In this document: positions 20,593 through 29,970 of the stretch, one piece after another
How positions within the stretch are numbered: position 1 is the first letter of the stretch
How the letters are laid out: each line of letters opens with the position of its first letter
Assembly (NCBI GenBank): GCA_040376695.1
Contig: JBEIQD010000001.1
Location: 145,437-209,436 of the forward strand
Direction of reading: 5' to 3'
DNA: 64,000 bases
Source: Candidatus Nomurabacteria bacterium
GTDB taxonomy: Bacteria; Patescibacteriota; Minisyncoccia; Phycocordibacterales; UBA5272
Made by a program: the position numbers and the translations under genes
Notes under the pieces: generated by a model
Seen by the model: the letters and a program-made list of their open reading frames with translations, nothing else
Database searches by the model: none
Told to the model about the DNA's origin: nothing

Positions 20593-21441
20593 TTAAGATG
20601 ACAATGCCATGGCACCTGAAGTAATTTCAGCAATTTCTTGCGTCACTTTTTCCTGACGAGCACGGTTATAGTACAACTTGAGTTCATCCTGAAGCTCACT
20701 TGCGTTATCTGTTGCTGATTTCATGGCAAACATTCGTGCTGAATGTTCAGATGCATAACTTTCAAGTACAGCACCGTAGATGATGTTGTGTATCATCATT
20801 GGGATAATAGTTGAAAGTACTGTTTCCTGATCTGGCTCATAGTCATATCGAGGTTCACCTTGTGCGTCAGGTTTTCCTTCAGAAGAAAACGGGAGGAGCT
20901 GGAGAAGTGTTGGCGTAAACACGGAAGCAGATGTGTAGTGAGTATATAAAATCCTCACTGTGCCAATTTTCTTCTCTGTATACCAGTCAACCAACATATG
21001 AGCAACCACTCGTGCATCATCCCCTGTAAGCTGGGGATGGTTAAATGATGCGAGTGTTTCAAGATGAAGCTTCTTCGCCACTTTTTCTGCATACTTTCCG
21101 AACGCTACAATCTTTAACTTCTTTCTCTCTTCTTCAGTGTAGGCTTCGAGCAACTTACGATACACGTTGACGTTGTAACTCCCACAGAGACCTTTATTAG
21201 ATGCAACAATAATAACAACCTCTTCTTCTACTCCATTGTGAGCAAGGAGTTCATGAGCAGCGAGTGGATCCAAAGAAAGATCTTCGAGAATAGCCTGCGC
21301 TTCCTGATGGAACGGACGAAGTGTATGAGCACCGTCGGTCGCTTTCTTCATTTTTGCAGCAGAAACCATCTCCATCGTTTTTGTAATTTTCTTGATGGAT
21401 CCAACACTTTTTATTTTCTGCTTAATAACTTTTGTCTGCAT
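20593..21441 (-). CDS. atpG: ATP synthase F1 gamma
   Basis: KITKTMEMVSAAK, KGLCG, RMFAMKSATDNA, RQEKVTQEI. Confidence 0.96.
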   Translation of the reverse strand: MQTKVIKQKIKSVGSIKKITKTMEMVSAAKMKKATDGAHTLRPFHQEAQAILEDLSLDPLAAHELLAHNGVEEEVVIIVASNKGLCGSYNVNVYRKLLEAYTEEERKKLKIVAFGKYAEKVAKKLHLETLASFNHPQLTGDDARVVAHMLVDWYTEKKIGTVRILYTHYTSASVFTPTLLQLLPFSSEGKPDAQGEPRYDYEPDQETVLSTIIPMMIHNIIYGAVLESYASEHSARMFAMKSATDNASELQDELKLYYNRARQEKVTQEIAEITSGAMALSS

Positions 21442-21450
21442 CTGTGGTGT

Positions 21451-22947
21451 TTAATTTGAATGAGTGTGAGCGAAAGACGTAAGCGCTTTCTTAAGCGCTT
21501 CTTCAATTTCATCATCCCACCCCTTTTCAAGAGATTCAACTACTTCTTTTCCAGATGAGAGCATATATGTATGCATCGCCTTCTCCCATCCTTGAACATG
21601 TTCTACTTGAACTGAATCAAGATAACCGTTGTTAACAGCGTAGACCGATGAAACCTGTAGCCCTGTACGGAGCGGTGAACCGTTTGCCTGCTTAAGCATT
21701 TCCTGTGTTCTCTTTCCTCGTTCAATAGTTCTTTTTGTGTCGTGATCTAGGTCAGAATCAAACTGAGAGAATGATTCGAGTTCACGATACTGTGCCATCG
21801 CAAGTTTCATCTTGCCGGCGTTTTTCTTCATCGCTTTTGTTTGAGCAGATGATCCCACACGTGATACTGAGAGACCAACATCAATTGCTGGTCGCATACC
21901 CTTATAGAAAAGGTTTGCGTCCAAGAAAATCTGTCCATCAGTAATGGAAATAACGTTTGTTGGAATATATGCTGACACATCTCCCGCCTGAGTTTCAATA
22001 ATTGGTAGCGCTGTGATAGAACCACTCCCTGCTGCCTCATTTCTGCGACAAGCACGCTCTAGAAGTCTAGAGTGGAGGTAGAACACATCTCCTGGATACG
22101 CTTCACGTCCTGGTGGGCGCTTAAGAAGGAGTGACATTTCGCGATATGCAACAGCGTGCTTTGAAAGATCATCGTATACAACGAGTACATCCTTCTCTTT
22201 ATTCATAAAGTATTCAGCAACAGCAGTTCCTGCATATGGTGCAAGGTATGAGAGCGCTGCAGAGTGTGATGCCCCAGCAAGAACTACAACTGTGTACTCC
22301 ATAGCTCCTGCTGCCTTTAGCTTCTCAACAATCTGAGCAATCTTTGATTCCTTCTGACTAATCGCAACATACACACAAATAACACCAGTTCCCTTTTGGT
22401 TAATGATTGTATCAAGCGCAATTGTTGTTTTACCTGTTTGTCGATCACCAATAATAAGTTCACGCTGTCCACGCCCAACTGGAATCATGGCATCAATTGC
22501 CTTAACCCCTGTTTGCATAGGAACATTCACTGGTTCACGATCCATCACGCCTGGTGCGATTTTCTCTACAAGTTCCATTGCGTCCAAGCCTGTTATCTTT
22601 TCACCGTCCACTGGGTTCATCAAAGGATCAACCACACGCCCAAGAAGAGATTCTCCTACCGGGATAGCGAGCACACGGCCTGTCCTCGTCACTTCCTCTC
22701 CTTCACGAACAGTCTCAGCGCCAGAAACAATAACCACACCCACCATGTCACTTTCAAGGTTAAGAGCAAGGCCTTTAGCCCCTGAAGCAAATGTTACTTC
22801 TTCCATGCTCGCACACTTTGAAAGTCCTGATACACGAGCGATACCGTCAGAGACAGAAATAACACTTCCGATTTCATTCACCTCAACCTCAGTCGAGAGT
22901 GTCTCTATTTTTTTCTCCAGATCCTTGATGATTTTTTCTACTGACAT
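21451..22947 (-). CDS. atpA: ATP synthase F1 alpha
   Basis: GDRQTGKT, PGREAYPGDVFYLHSRLLERA. Confidence 0.98.
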   Translation of the reverse strand: MSVEKIIKDLEKKIETLSTEVEVNEIGSVISVSDGIARVSGLSKCASMEEVTFASGAKGLALNLESDMVGVVIVSGAETVREGEEVTRTGRVLAIPVGESLLGRVVDPLMNPVDGEKITGLDAMELVEKIAPGVMDREPVNVPMQTGVKAIDAMIPVGRGQRELIIGDRQTGKTTIALDTIINQKGTGVICVYVAISQKESKIAQIVEKLKAAGAMEYTVVVLAGASHSAALSYLAPYAGTAVAEYFMNKEKDVLVVYDDLSKHAVAYREMSLLLKRPPGREAYPGDVFYLHSRLLERACRRNEAAGSGSITALPIIETQAGDVSAYIPTNVISITDGQIFLDANLFYKGMRPAIDVGLSVSRVGSSAQTKAMKKNAGKMKLAMAQYRELESFSQFDSDLDHDTKRTIERGKRTQEMLKQANGSPLRTGLQVSSVYAVNNGYLDSVQVEHVQGWEKAMHTYMLSSGKEVVESLEKGWDDEIEEALKKALTSFAHTHSN

Positions 22948-22952
22948 GTTGG

Positions 22953-23300
22953 TTACTTTGTTAATTGTTTAATAATTCGTGCGGCTGATCCATCATACGA
23001 GATTCCTTTGTAGCGTGCTTTAAATCCAGCTAGAAGATTTTTATTGATAGTTACTTCGGTAGGCGCCATATCGTTACCTACTATTCTTTTAATTCGAGCA
23101 AGTGCTCCCTCTTCTATTTCAAAAGGAGATTCTATTCGAATAGTGTCTTGTTCTTTTTCATCACGAGTTAATTTAGCAACTGCAGCAAGAACGTTTGGTA
23201 AAAGAGACAGAAGCCCGTACGTAGAAAGTGCTTCTGTTACTTCATCTACTCCAACCTTCTTCTTAAGCAACAGCTCTGCAATTTGTCGTGACAAAATCAT
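22953..23300 (-). CDS. atpH: ATP synthase delta (short, 115 aa)
   Basis: Position between atpF and atpA; C-terminal NKNLLAGFKARY..DGS is OSCP-like. Confidence 0.8.
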   Translation of the reverse strand: MILSRQIAELLLKKKVGVDEVTEALSTYGLLSLLPNVLAAVAKLTRDEKEQDTIRIESPFEIEEGALARIKRIVGNDMAPTEVTINKNLLAGFKARYKGISYDGSAARIIKQLTK

Positions 23301-23304
23301 ACAA

Positions 23305-23799
23305 CTATTTCATGCTCGCAATAAGCGCATTATTATCCTCTGCTGTAAGGTTTTTCTTTAGTGTTTCAGCATAAAGCGTCGCAACAAGAGACGGAGCACG
23401 AAGAGCGAACTCTTTTTCCACCTTTGTTTTTAGCTCTGCTTCTTTGTGATTCATGGCTTCTGTTCGCTGTGCGATTTCTTTTTCTGCATCAGTTTTAATT
23501 GTTGCGGCAAGATTTTCAGCTTGTGTTTGTGCTTCACTCACAATAACGTGTCCTTCTTTTTTAGCTTCATGGATAATTTGCTTCTTCTCTTCTTCAGCAG
23601 ACGCAAGAGCTTTTTCAGCATCAGAGGCCTGAGAAAGTCCACGTTCAATTACTTGCTGACGAGTTGAAATCACTTTTCCAAGCTTACCGAAAAAGAACTT
23701 ATTCAAAATGAATAAGATAATGAGAAAGTTAATGAAGTTTGCTAGTGCAACGTGCCAATTGAACCCAACACTTCCTAAAATGGTAAGAATCTGCTCCAT
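23305..23799 (-). CDS. atpF: ATP synthase Fo b
   Basis: N-terminal TM (INFLIILFILNKF) plus coiled coil. Confidence 0.92.
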   Translation of the reverse strand: MEQILTILGSVGFNWHVALANFINFLIILFILNKFFFGKLGKVISTRQQVIERGLSQASDAEKALASAEEEKKQIIHEAKKEGHVIVSEAQTQAENLAATIKTDAEKEIAQRTEAMNHKEAELKTKVEKEFALRAPSLVATLYAETLKKNLTAEDNNALIASMK

Positions 23800-23809
23800 C
23801 TAGAAAAAA

Positions 23810-24028
23810 TTAACCGAGGAGGAAGAACGCAACGAGCGCAAAGATGGCTGTTGTTTCTGTCATAGCAACACCGATAATCATCTTTGAAAAGAGTGATCCT
23901 TCAATGTCTGGGTTGCGACCAATTGCTTCCATAGTCTTACCTACGAGGTATCCTTGTCCGATAGCTGTACCAATCATGGCGATGATACACATTCCCTTTG
24001 CGATATAAATTGCTGCTTCTGGTGTCAT
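23810..24028 (-). CDS. atpE: ATP synthase Fo c
   Basis: Two-TM hairpin, RNP loop, conserved Glu58. Confidence 0.95.
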   Translation of the reverse strand: MTPEAAIYIAKGMCIIAMIGTAIGQGYLVGKTMEAIGRNPDIEGSLFSKMIIGVAMTETTAIFALVAFFLLG

Positions 24029-24140
24029 AAATAATTGTAACTAATCAATAAAAATCCGCCCCACGGGGCTTTGATGAGAGTATAGCAGAAAAAATTGCTT
24101 TGTGCAGATTGACTTCTGTGAGTAATTATATGAAATATCT

Positions 24141-24169
24141 TTGACGTAAGGATAATAAAAGCATACAAT
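24141..24169 (+). promoter_or_regulatory. Sigma70-type promoter of the orphan gene inside the atp cluster
   Basis: TTGACG-17 nt-TACAAT. Confidence 0.75.
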
Positions 24170-24199
24170 TTAAAGAACCTAGTACCTTTGGAGAACGTT

Positions 24200-24472
24200 A
24201 TGGACCTCTCAAACATGCAAGTGTTTTGTGTGGGATCAACCTTCTTCATGAAGCTCCCGGACGGAACATTCTTTTCAGTTACAGCAACAGCACGGGTTGC
24301 GATTATTGAAGAACTCCCTGTAAAAGCCGAACGGGTAAAGCCATACCCTTTTACAGGAATGATCGAACCTCCAAGTAGTACCCTTTCACTCATGAAAGCG
24401 GTACTGACGGTGGCTGAACACTTCATTGAAAAGCAAATCTCAGCACCATCTGAAGAAAAAAGCGCTCCCTGA
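24200..24472 (+). CDS. Orphan protein inserted antisense between atpB and atpE
   Basis: GGAG SD, ATG 24200, near-consensus promoter, terminator at the stop codon. Confidence 0.65.
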   Translation: MDLSNMQVFCVGSTFFMKLPDGTFFSVTATARVAIIEELPVKAERVKPYPFTGMIEPPSSTLSLMKAVLTVAEHFIEKQISAPSEEKSAP

Positions 24473-24482
24473 GCGCTTTTTT
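24456..24482. terminator. Bidirectional terminator
   Basis: AAAAAAGCGCTC-CCT-GAGCGCTTTTTT. Confidence 0.8.
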
Positions 24483-24499
24483 ATTTCTCAAAACTCTTT

Positions 24500-25351
24500 C
24501 TAGTGAGCGTCTTTGCCTTCTTTCTTTAACACTAATGAGTAATACACCGTAACGAGTGCTACGAACACAATTGATTGCACAACTCCAACGAGTAACCCCA
24601 TTCCCATCCAAATAGCAGGAACGGCAATAGCAAAGGCTCCTAAAAGAATTACTGTAAGCACTTCGTGGGCAAACATGTTTCCAAATAATCGAAGTGAGAG
24701 GGATAGAATCTTTGCTACTTCTGAAATAATCTCAATGAGGCCAACGAAGAAACCGATAATTGAAACCATTCCTTCTCCAAAACTTTTTCTGAACCCTCGT
24801 ATCACTTGCTTGATTTGAATAAAGTGCGAAAGATATCCACCTATTCCTTGTTCTTTCATACCAACGAATTGCATGATAACAATCACAGCGAGAGCTAAAC
24901 CAAACGTTGTATTGAAATCAGTTGTCGCGCCTCGGAAAAGTGGAATATGTTGACCTTCAGTACCTGTTACATAAAAACTAGCTACTCCGGGAACCATTGG
25001 AAGTAAGTTGGCTACAATAAGGTACGTCATGAGTGCTCCAACATACGGAATGATCTTTTTTGCACGTTCCTTATCTCCTACGATAGAAGTAATAAAATCA
25101 GCTACTGCTCCATAGAACATTTCAAGCACTACCTGAAACTTTGAAGGAATTAATTTCGCTCGAGACACTTTAATAGTAAGAGCCACAAACATAAGCGTGA
25201 TAAGCATCACGGTAATCGTTGAGGTTGCAATAGTGATCGGACCGATATCGCCAAGGATTGGTGCATTTATAGAAGGTATTTCTTCAATAACATGAAGAAA
25301 GCTGCTTGTGTGAACTTCTTCTGCCCCGTGCTGTGCTACTTCTTCATGCAT
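24500..25351 (-). CDS. atpB: ATP synthase Fo a
   Basis: LSLSLRLFGNMFAHE, VQSIVF. Confidence 0.95.
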   Translation of the reverse strand: MHEEVAQHGAEEVHTSSFLHVIEEIPSINAPILGDIGPITIATSTITVMLITLMFVALTIKVSRAKLIPSKFQVVLEMFYGAVADFITSIVGDKERAKKIIPYVGALMTYLIVANLLPMVPGVASFYVTGTEGQHIPLFRGATTDFNTTFGLALAVIVIMQFVGMKEQGIGGYLSHFIQIKQVIRGFRKSFGEGMVSIIGFFVGLIEIISEVAKILSLSLRLFGNMFAHEVLTVILLGAFAIAVPAIWMGMGLLVGVVQSIVFVALVTVYYSLVLKKEGKDAH

Positions 25352-25398
25352 AATGCAAGAGAGTTTAGCATATTCTTGTAGTGTTTTCTATGGTGACA

Positions 25399-25974
25399 CT
25401 ACTCCTCTTCTGCTCCTTTCTCATAGCAAAGATAGAGAGCTGTAAAACCAAACACCACCGTAACAAGCACCATGACACTCTTAAAGTCGAACCAGTCATG
25501 CAAACTATAGGTCCTTCGTACGTACTCATTAAGTACTGCAATCGTAATGAAAAATGCCACCCAAGCGTATGTTAATCTGTGCCACGCACGAAGTGTCATT
25601 GGGATTACTTGATGGAAAGCGTGCTTAAGAAAAGGAACGTTAATCATAAGTCCAATAAGGAGTGTGATTGCACACGTAAGATCGTACAGCGTATCTCGCA
25701 TTTGTATAAACTTCGGCTCCCTATGAGCAAGCGTAAGGTATCCGAAAGCAATAGTAAGAAAAGCTACATAGAGAGCAAGATACGGGAGTCTTTTTTGAAG
25801 ACGATAAGTAACAACAGTTGAAATGATCGTTGCAATCATCAGTAACATCGTTGCTTTATAAATATGAAAATGTTGGAAAGAGCCAAGAAAAATAAGTATT
25901 GGTCCAAATTCAAGAAACGTACCAAACATGAGACGTTTAAACGTTGTAGCTGAAAAAAGAGAAGGAGCGCTCAT
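25399..25974 (-). CDS. YciB/IspZ family membrane protein
   Basis: LEFGPILIF, FIQMRDT, AWHRLTYAW..LNEYV..WFDFK. Confidence 0.85.
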   Translation of the reverse strand: MSAPSLFSATTFKRLMFGTFLEFGPILIFLGSFQHFHIYKATMLLMIATIISTVVTYRLQKRLPYLALYVAFLTIAFGYLTLAHREPKFIQMRDTLYDLTCAITLLIGLMINVPFLKHAFHQVIPMTLRAWHRLTYAWVAFFITIAVLNEYVRRTYSLHDWFDFKSVMVLVTVVFGFTALYLCYEKGAEEE

Positions 25975-26031
25975 GATATACTCGAAAGTATATTCAGTAT
26001 AAACTAGTATCATTAAAATCCATCATTTCTT

Positions 26032-26745
26032 ATGTCCTTTCGTCACAAACTTGCTGCCTTTAAACTCACCACACCAATTGCCATCATCATCGCTGCTTGT
26101 ATTCTAGCCGGAAGTCATATTGCATACGGGTTCATTATTAAAAATACTGTAACAAAAGTAGAGAGCTCTCTCTTTACAGGAAAACCGATCGACGATAAAG
26201 ATCACATTGAAGGAAACGCGGATAGTAAAGTTGTGATTGTAGAATACTCTGACCCTGAATGCCCATACTGCGTAACATTACACCCAACACTAAAGCAGGT
26301 TAGAACAGACTACAAAGACAAAATTGCATTTGTATATCGTCATTTCCCTCTAACACAGATCCATCCGAACGCTTTTAATGAATCAAAAGCTATTGCGTGC
26401 GCAGGGACACTTAACGGAACAAAGGGATTCTACTCATATATCGATGCGCTCTATGGCTATAAACTTTCTAACCAAACAACACAGCTACCTGCAACTGGTA
26501 TAACAGATATCGCAAAAAATGGAGGTCTGAATCCGGCTACTTTCGCGGCTTGTATGCAAGCGGAAGATACAGCTCTTACTATCGACACATCAGTTAATGA
26601 TGGGGTCCAGGCCGGCGTTGAAGGCACACCGTCTTCCTTTGTTCTTGTGAAAACAAAGAAAGGTCTTGAGGTCGTAGCAATGCTTGATGGCGCACGTCCA
26701 TACGAATATATTCAGGCTGCGATTGAAGAAGCTCTTTCACGATAA
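26032..26745 (+). CDS. DsbA/BdbD-like thioredoxin-fold protein
   Basis: EYSDPECPYC, YRHFPL, GVEGTPS; N-terminal TM. Confidence 0.92.
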   Translation: MSFRHKLAAFKLTTPIAIIIAACILAGSHIAYGFIIKNTVTKVESSLFTGKPIDDKDHIEGNADSKVVIVEYSDPECPYCVTLHPTLKQVRTDYKDKIAFVYRHFPLTQIHPNAFNESKAIACAGTLNGTKGFYSYIDALYGYKLSNQTTQLPATGITDIAKNGGLNPATFAACMQAEDTALTIDTSVNDGVQAGVEGTPSSFVLVKTKKGLEVVAMLDGARPYEYIQAAIEEALSR

Positions 26746-26942
26746 TCTACTGATATTCTTCATACACAGACAAAGTCCTTTTTGGGGTTTACAAAGCATA
26801 CCTTCAGGTATAGGATTACCGAGTGGAGTTGCGTGAGCGCTTTATAGATAAGAGTCCCCTTACACGACAACACGAGGAGCGATGATGAGAAATCATTGTC
26901 GTATGCACATTTTAAATACTCTGTCACAGAAAAGAGATAATC

Positions 26943-27311
26943 ATGGCCAAAGAACAGCCTGAACAACAGGTCGGTGAAGGAGTTGCAACACTCCAGATCA
27001 CCGAAAGTGCACTGCACGCATTTCTTCAAAGCAAAATCAAAAGCTCTTCGGGGCTGATGATTCTCGTGGACACACGTGATCAGCCGGTGCTTCTCAAGCA
27101 CAGCGACATCTCGGTGGTCCAGGTCAACTCTGCGTGGGTGGGTTTCACTCATGCGGGTGTGCGTTACCGTACGAAAGAAATTTCCCATCGCGACAATTTG
27201 ATTTCGTGGGCAAACAATGGAGGCAGCGAACCCTTCAGCCAGCACCGCGATTTCAAAAACGCAGTCGGCCCGCCGAACGTTTGCTTCGTGCGCATGAGCG
27301 GCGGGAATTAA
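26943..27311 (+). CDS. Orphan protein (GC-richer than neighbours)
   Basis: 122 aa; TTTACA-17-TAGGAT promoter; long structured leader; terminator downstream. Confidence 0.6.
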   Translation: MAKEQPEQQVGEGVATLQITESALHAFLQSKIKSSSGLMILVDTRDQPVLLKHSDISVVQVNSAWVGFTHAGVRYRTKEISHRDNLISWANNGGSEPFSQHRDFKNAVGPPNVCFVRMSGGN

Positions 27312-27331
27312 TTTACCCACCTGCCCAAAAC

Positions 27332-27358
27332 AAAAGCCCCTCAATGAGGGGCTTTTTT
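27332..27358. terminator. Bidirectional terminator
   Basis: AAAAGCCCCTCA-A-TGAGGGGCTTTT. Confidence 0.85.
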
Positions 27359-27372
27359 ATTTGCGCAATTGT

Positions 27373-27774
27373 TTATTTTGCTTTCTTGGGATCATTAAAT
27401 ACTAATCCGACCGCAGTAGTTTCTGCTGTGCAAACTTTGTCCAAAAGGCGGCTACCATTCCAGTAGTAATAGGTTGTTTTATCTCCGTCAACAACTTTTG
27501 CACCATGTGTAACCGTTACCTGCTCCAACTCCTCCTTTGGAATGAAAATAATTCCATTAAGTAAATGTTTTTCCGGATTAACACGAATAACACTTGTTTT
27601 AAGGTGAAAACAGTTGTAACCCTTGGGAGCAAGAACGATTGTCGCCTTTGCTCCCAGAGGCTTCATCAGCTTTAATATCACCTCTGAAACATGAACTAGG
27701 TGCTGTGTTTCTGCTTCAGCCCACATAATCTGGCGCAGCACTTTTTTGTTCGTGGCAACTCTCTTTGCACTCAT
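27373..27774 (-). CDS. Orphan protein
   Basis: GGAG SD before ATG 27774; TTGACT-16-TATAAT promoter. Confidence 0.65.
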   Translation of the reverse strand: MSAKRVATNKKVLRQIMWAEAETQHLVHVSEVILKLMKPLGAKATIVLAPKGYNCFHLKTSVIRVNPEKHLLNGIIFIPKEELEQVTVTHGAKVVDGDKTTYYYWNGSRLLDKVCTAETTAVGLVFNDPKKAK

Positions 27775-27837
27775 AGGAATCTCCAATAGTAAAAACTACA
27801 ACAGCCTTTATTATAACATATTTTATTAAAAAGTCAA

Positions 27838-28296
27838 TTACCTTACGAGGTCGCCTTCAACATCTTTTGCATGCTCATTTGCTTTCACCCCTTCATAGAT
27901 TTTTGTAATAATCCCCTTCTCATCAATGAGAAAACTTGTACGATTGATTCCCATGTACTTACGCCCCATAAACTTTTTTTCTTTCCATACACCGTACGCC
28001 TGAGAAACATCAGTTGATTCATCAGCAAGAAGTGGGAACGGGAGCGAGAACTTCTCTGCGAATTTTTTGTGACTTTCAACGCCATCTTTACTAACACCTA
28101 AAATAACTAATCCCATCTTTGTGAACATGTCATACCCGTCTCGAAAGTTACATGCTTCTGTTGTGCATCCCGGAGTATCGTCCTTAGGATAAAAATACAA
28201 CAGTACTTTCTTTCCCAGATACTGAGAAAGTGTGTGAGTTGTACCGTTTTGATCCTGTAGTGAAAACTTTGGAGCTTTATTGCCGACTTTAATCAT
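27838..28296 (-). CDS. bcp: Peroxiredoxin Bcp
   Basis: YFYPKDDTPGCTTEAC. Confidence 0.95.
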   Translation of the reverse strand: MIKVGNKAPKFSLQDQNGTTHTLSQYLGKKVLLYFYPKDDTPGCTTEACNFRDGYDMFTKMGLVILGVSKDGVESHKKFAEKFSLPFPLLADESTDVSQAYGVWKEKKFMGRKYMGINRTSFLIDEKGIITKIYEGVKANEHAKDVEGDLVR

Positions 28297-28320
28297 ACTA
28301 ATGAGTATACCATTTCTGCT

Positions 28321-29439
28321 TTAATGCTGATGAGTATGAATATGTTCCTTTGAGGCGTGATTCTTCATAAGGATCACCGCAATAAGTGTTGTTAGTGGAA
28401 CAGCGAGTAGAAGTCCTACAGAACCGACAATACTACGAACGATTTCAGTTGCGATGATTTCTCGATTAATAAGCTCAAGTATAGGTGTATTGCTTACGTA
28501 AAAAAGAAGAACGAGTGGGAGAGACGCTCCAGCATAGGCTAAAATGAGCGTGTTGATAACTGCACCCATGTGATCCTTACCCACCTTAAGTGCCTTTGTA
28601 TACAAATTTCTTGTACTGATCTGTGGATTCGCTAATTGTAACTGATTAACAACGGAAGCCTGTGTAATTGAAACGTCATCAATCACCCCTATTACTCCAA
28701 TGATAATTCCTCCGACAAGAAGCGCTACGAAGTCCAAATTGCCTTGCGTGGCGATATTAAGATACACACTCTCTTCGCTAGCGAAACCAGTTAATTTGGT
28801 TATAACAACCGCATACTTTGCCAACGCAAGCGTTACAATCACTGACAATGTACACCCAAGAAATGCAGATGTTGTGAGCCGTGTAAATCCATGTGTAAGA
28901 TACATGACCACAAACAATGAAAGCAGGGCGCCGATTGTCGCGATAGCAACAATATTTCCCCCCGTAATAATATGAGGGAAAAGATACGTAAATATTCCGC
29001 CAAACGAAATAAACAAAGCTACAAGCGAGAGGAATCCTTGTTTACCCCCAAAGAGAAGTACTACTGCTATGAAAAAAATAAAGAGCCAGAGCAGAGCATC
29101 CAGTCGATATGGTTCTTGGATACTGTAATATTCTGAACCATCAGTTGTTTGTAAATATCTTACGTACACCTTATCTCCTTTCTCTACCGCAAAAGCGCTC
29201 TCAGTAATGGTTATCTCTTTACCTTGCTGTTCTCCTTTGTTAATTCTAACAACAACCGTTTGATAGAGCGCTGTAGTATTTGTATTTGGAACTTCTTGAA
29301 TCTCGGAACTCTCTACACGAACCACCGTCGCGAGCATAGTTACTTCTTTATCTTGAAGCAACTGTGCCTCTTCTGCGAAAGAAAAAGCGAATGTGCTGAA
29401 TAAACTTAAAACAAGTACACCTAGGCGCAAGTTTTGCAT
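28321..29439 (-). CDS. YibE/F family membrane protein
   Basis: GVIDDVSITQAS, VGKDHMGAVINTLILAYAG, EIVRSIVGS; His-rich C-terminus. Confidence 0.9.
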   Translation of the reverse strand: MQNLRLGVLVLSLFSTFAFSFAEEAQLLQDKEVTMLATVVRVESSEIQEVPNTNTTALYQTVVVRINKGEQQGKEITITESAFAVEKGDKVYVRYLQTTDGSEYYSIQEPYRLDALLWLFIFFIAVVLLFGGKQGFLSLVALFISFGGIFTYLFPHIITGGNIVAIATIGALLSLFVVMYLTHGFTRLTTSAFLGCTLSVIVTLALAKYAVVITKLTGFASEESVYLNIATQGNLDFVALLVGGIIIGVIGVIDDVSITQASVVNQLQLANPQISTRNLYTKALKVGKDHMGAVINTLILAYAGASLPLVLLFYVSNTPILELINREIIATEIVRSIVGSVGLLLAVPLTTLIAVILMKNHASKEHIHTHQH

Positions 29440-29849
29440 AAACCGTATATTTCCATTGAGTGCGTTGTTGTTTGCTTAAACTTTTTGCTCTTCTTAAGCA
29501 TCTTTTTTACCGTATCGTCAATAGAAATTCCTTCTATCTTTTCTATCGTCTCGCAGTTATTGCACACCAGTTGATGTGACGCGTGCCCAGTCTCAAGTTC
29601 GTAATGTGCGTGTCCGTGATTAAAATCTAAACGTCTAAGAAGCCCAGCTTCATGTAAGGAAGAAAGATTTCGGTATACCGTTGCTTGATCAATATTTTCT
29701 TTCTTGCGGAGATCTTCCACGAGTTCATACACAGTGACAGGCTGCTTTACTTTCGCGAGATATTCCAACACTAAAAGCCGGTGATCAGTGACACGAAGTC
29801 CTGCACCTTTTACCATATTAATAAGTTCGTCTTTAGAATAAATTGCCAT
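29421..29849 (-). CDS. Fur-family transcriptional regulator (Zur-like)
   Basis: GLRVTDHR, ATVYRNL, HQLVCNNC, GLCKTC. Confidence 0.93.
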   Translation of the reverse strand: MAIYSKDELINMVKGAGLRVTDHRLLVLEYLAKVKQPVTVYELVEDLRKKENIDQATVYRNLSSLHEAGLLRRLDFNHGHAHYELETGHASHQLVCNNCETIEKIEGISIDDTVKKMLKKSKKFKQTTTHSMEIYGLCKTCA

Positions 29850-29887
29850 ACTGTATTCATACTATCACGCTAGTTTATAAAAGTATA

Positions 29888-29929
29888 TGCAACGCATTCG
29901 CAGCAGCGGTATTATGCGAACTTTTTGCA
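29888..29929. promoter_or_regulatory. Tandem putative Fur/Zur operator boxes (TGCRA-N5-TYGCA)
   Basis: TGCAACGCATTCGCA and TGCGAACTTTTTGCA between divergent fur and ZIP genes. Confidence 0.65.
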
Positions 29930-29970
29930 TATAAACATATCACGTGATAATGTTATACTTGTTTACATCT

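Noticed and set aside
24025-24426. 133-aa minus-strand ORF as atpI or another atp gene
   Set aside because: Not hydrophobic like AtpI, and it is the shadow of the + ORF that has promoter, SD and terminator
26760-27344. 194-aa minus-strand ORF
   Set aside because: Starts inside a terminator and is antisense to the better-supported 26943 gene
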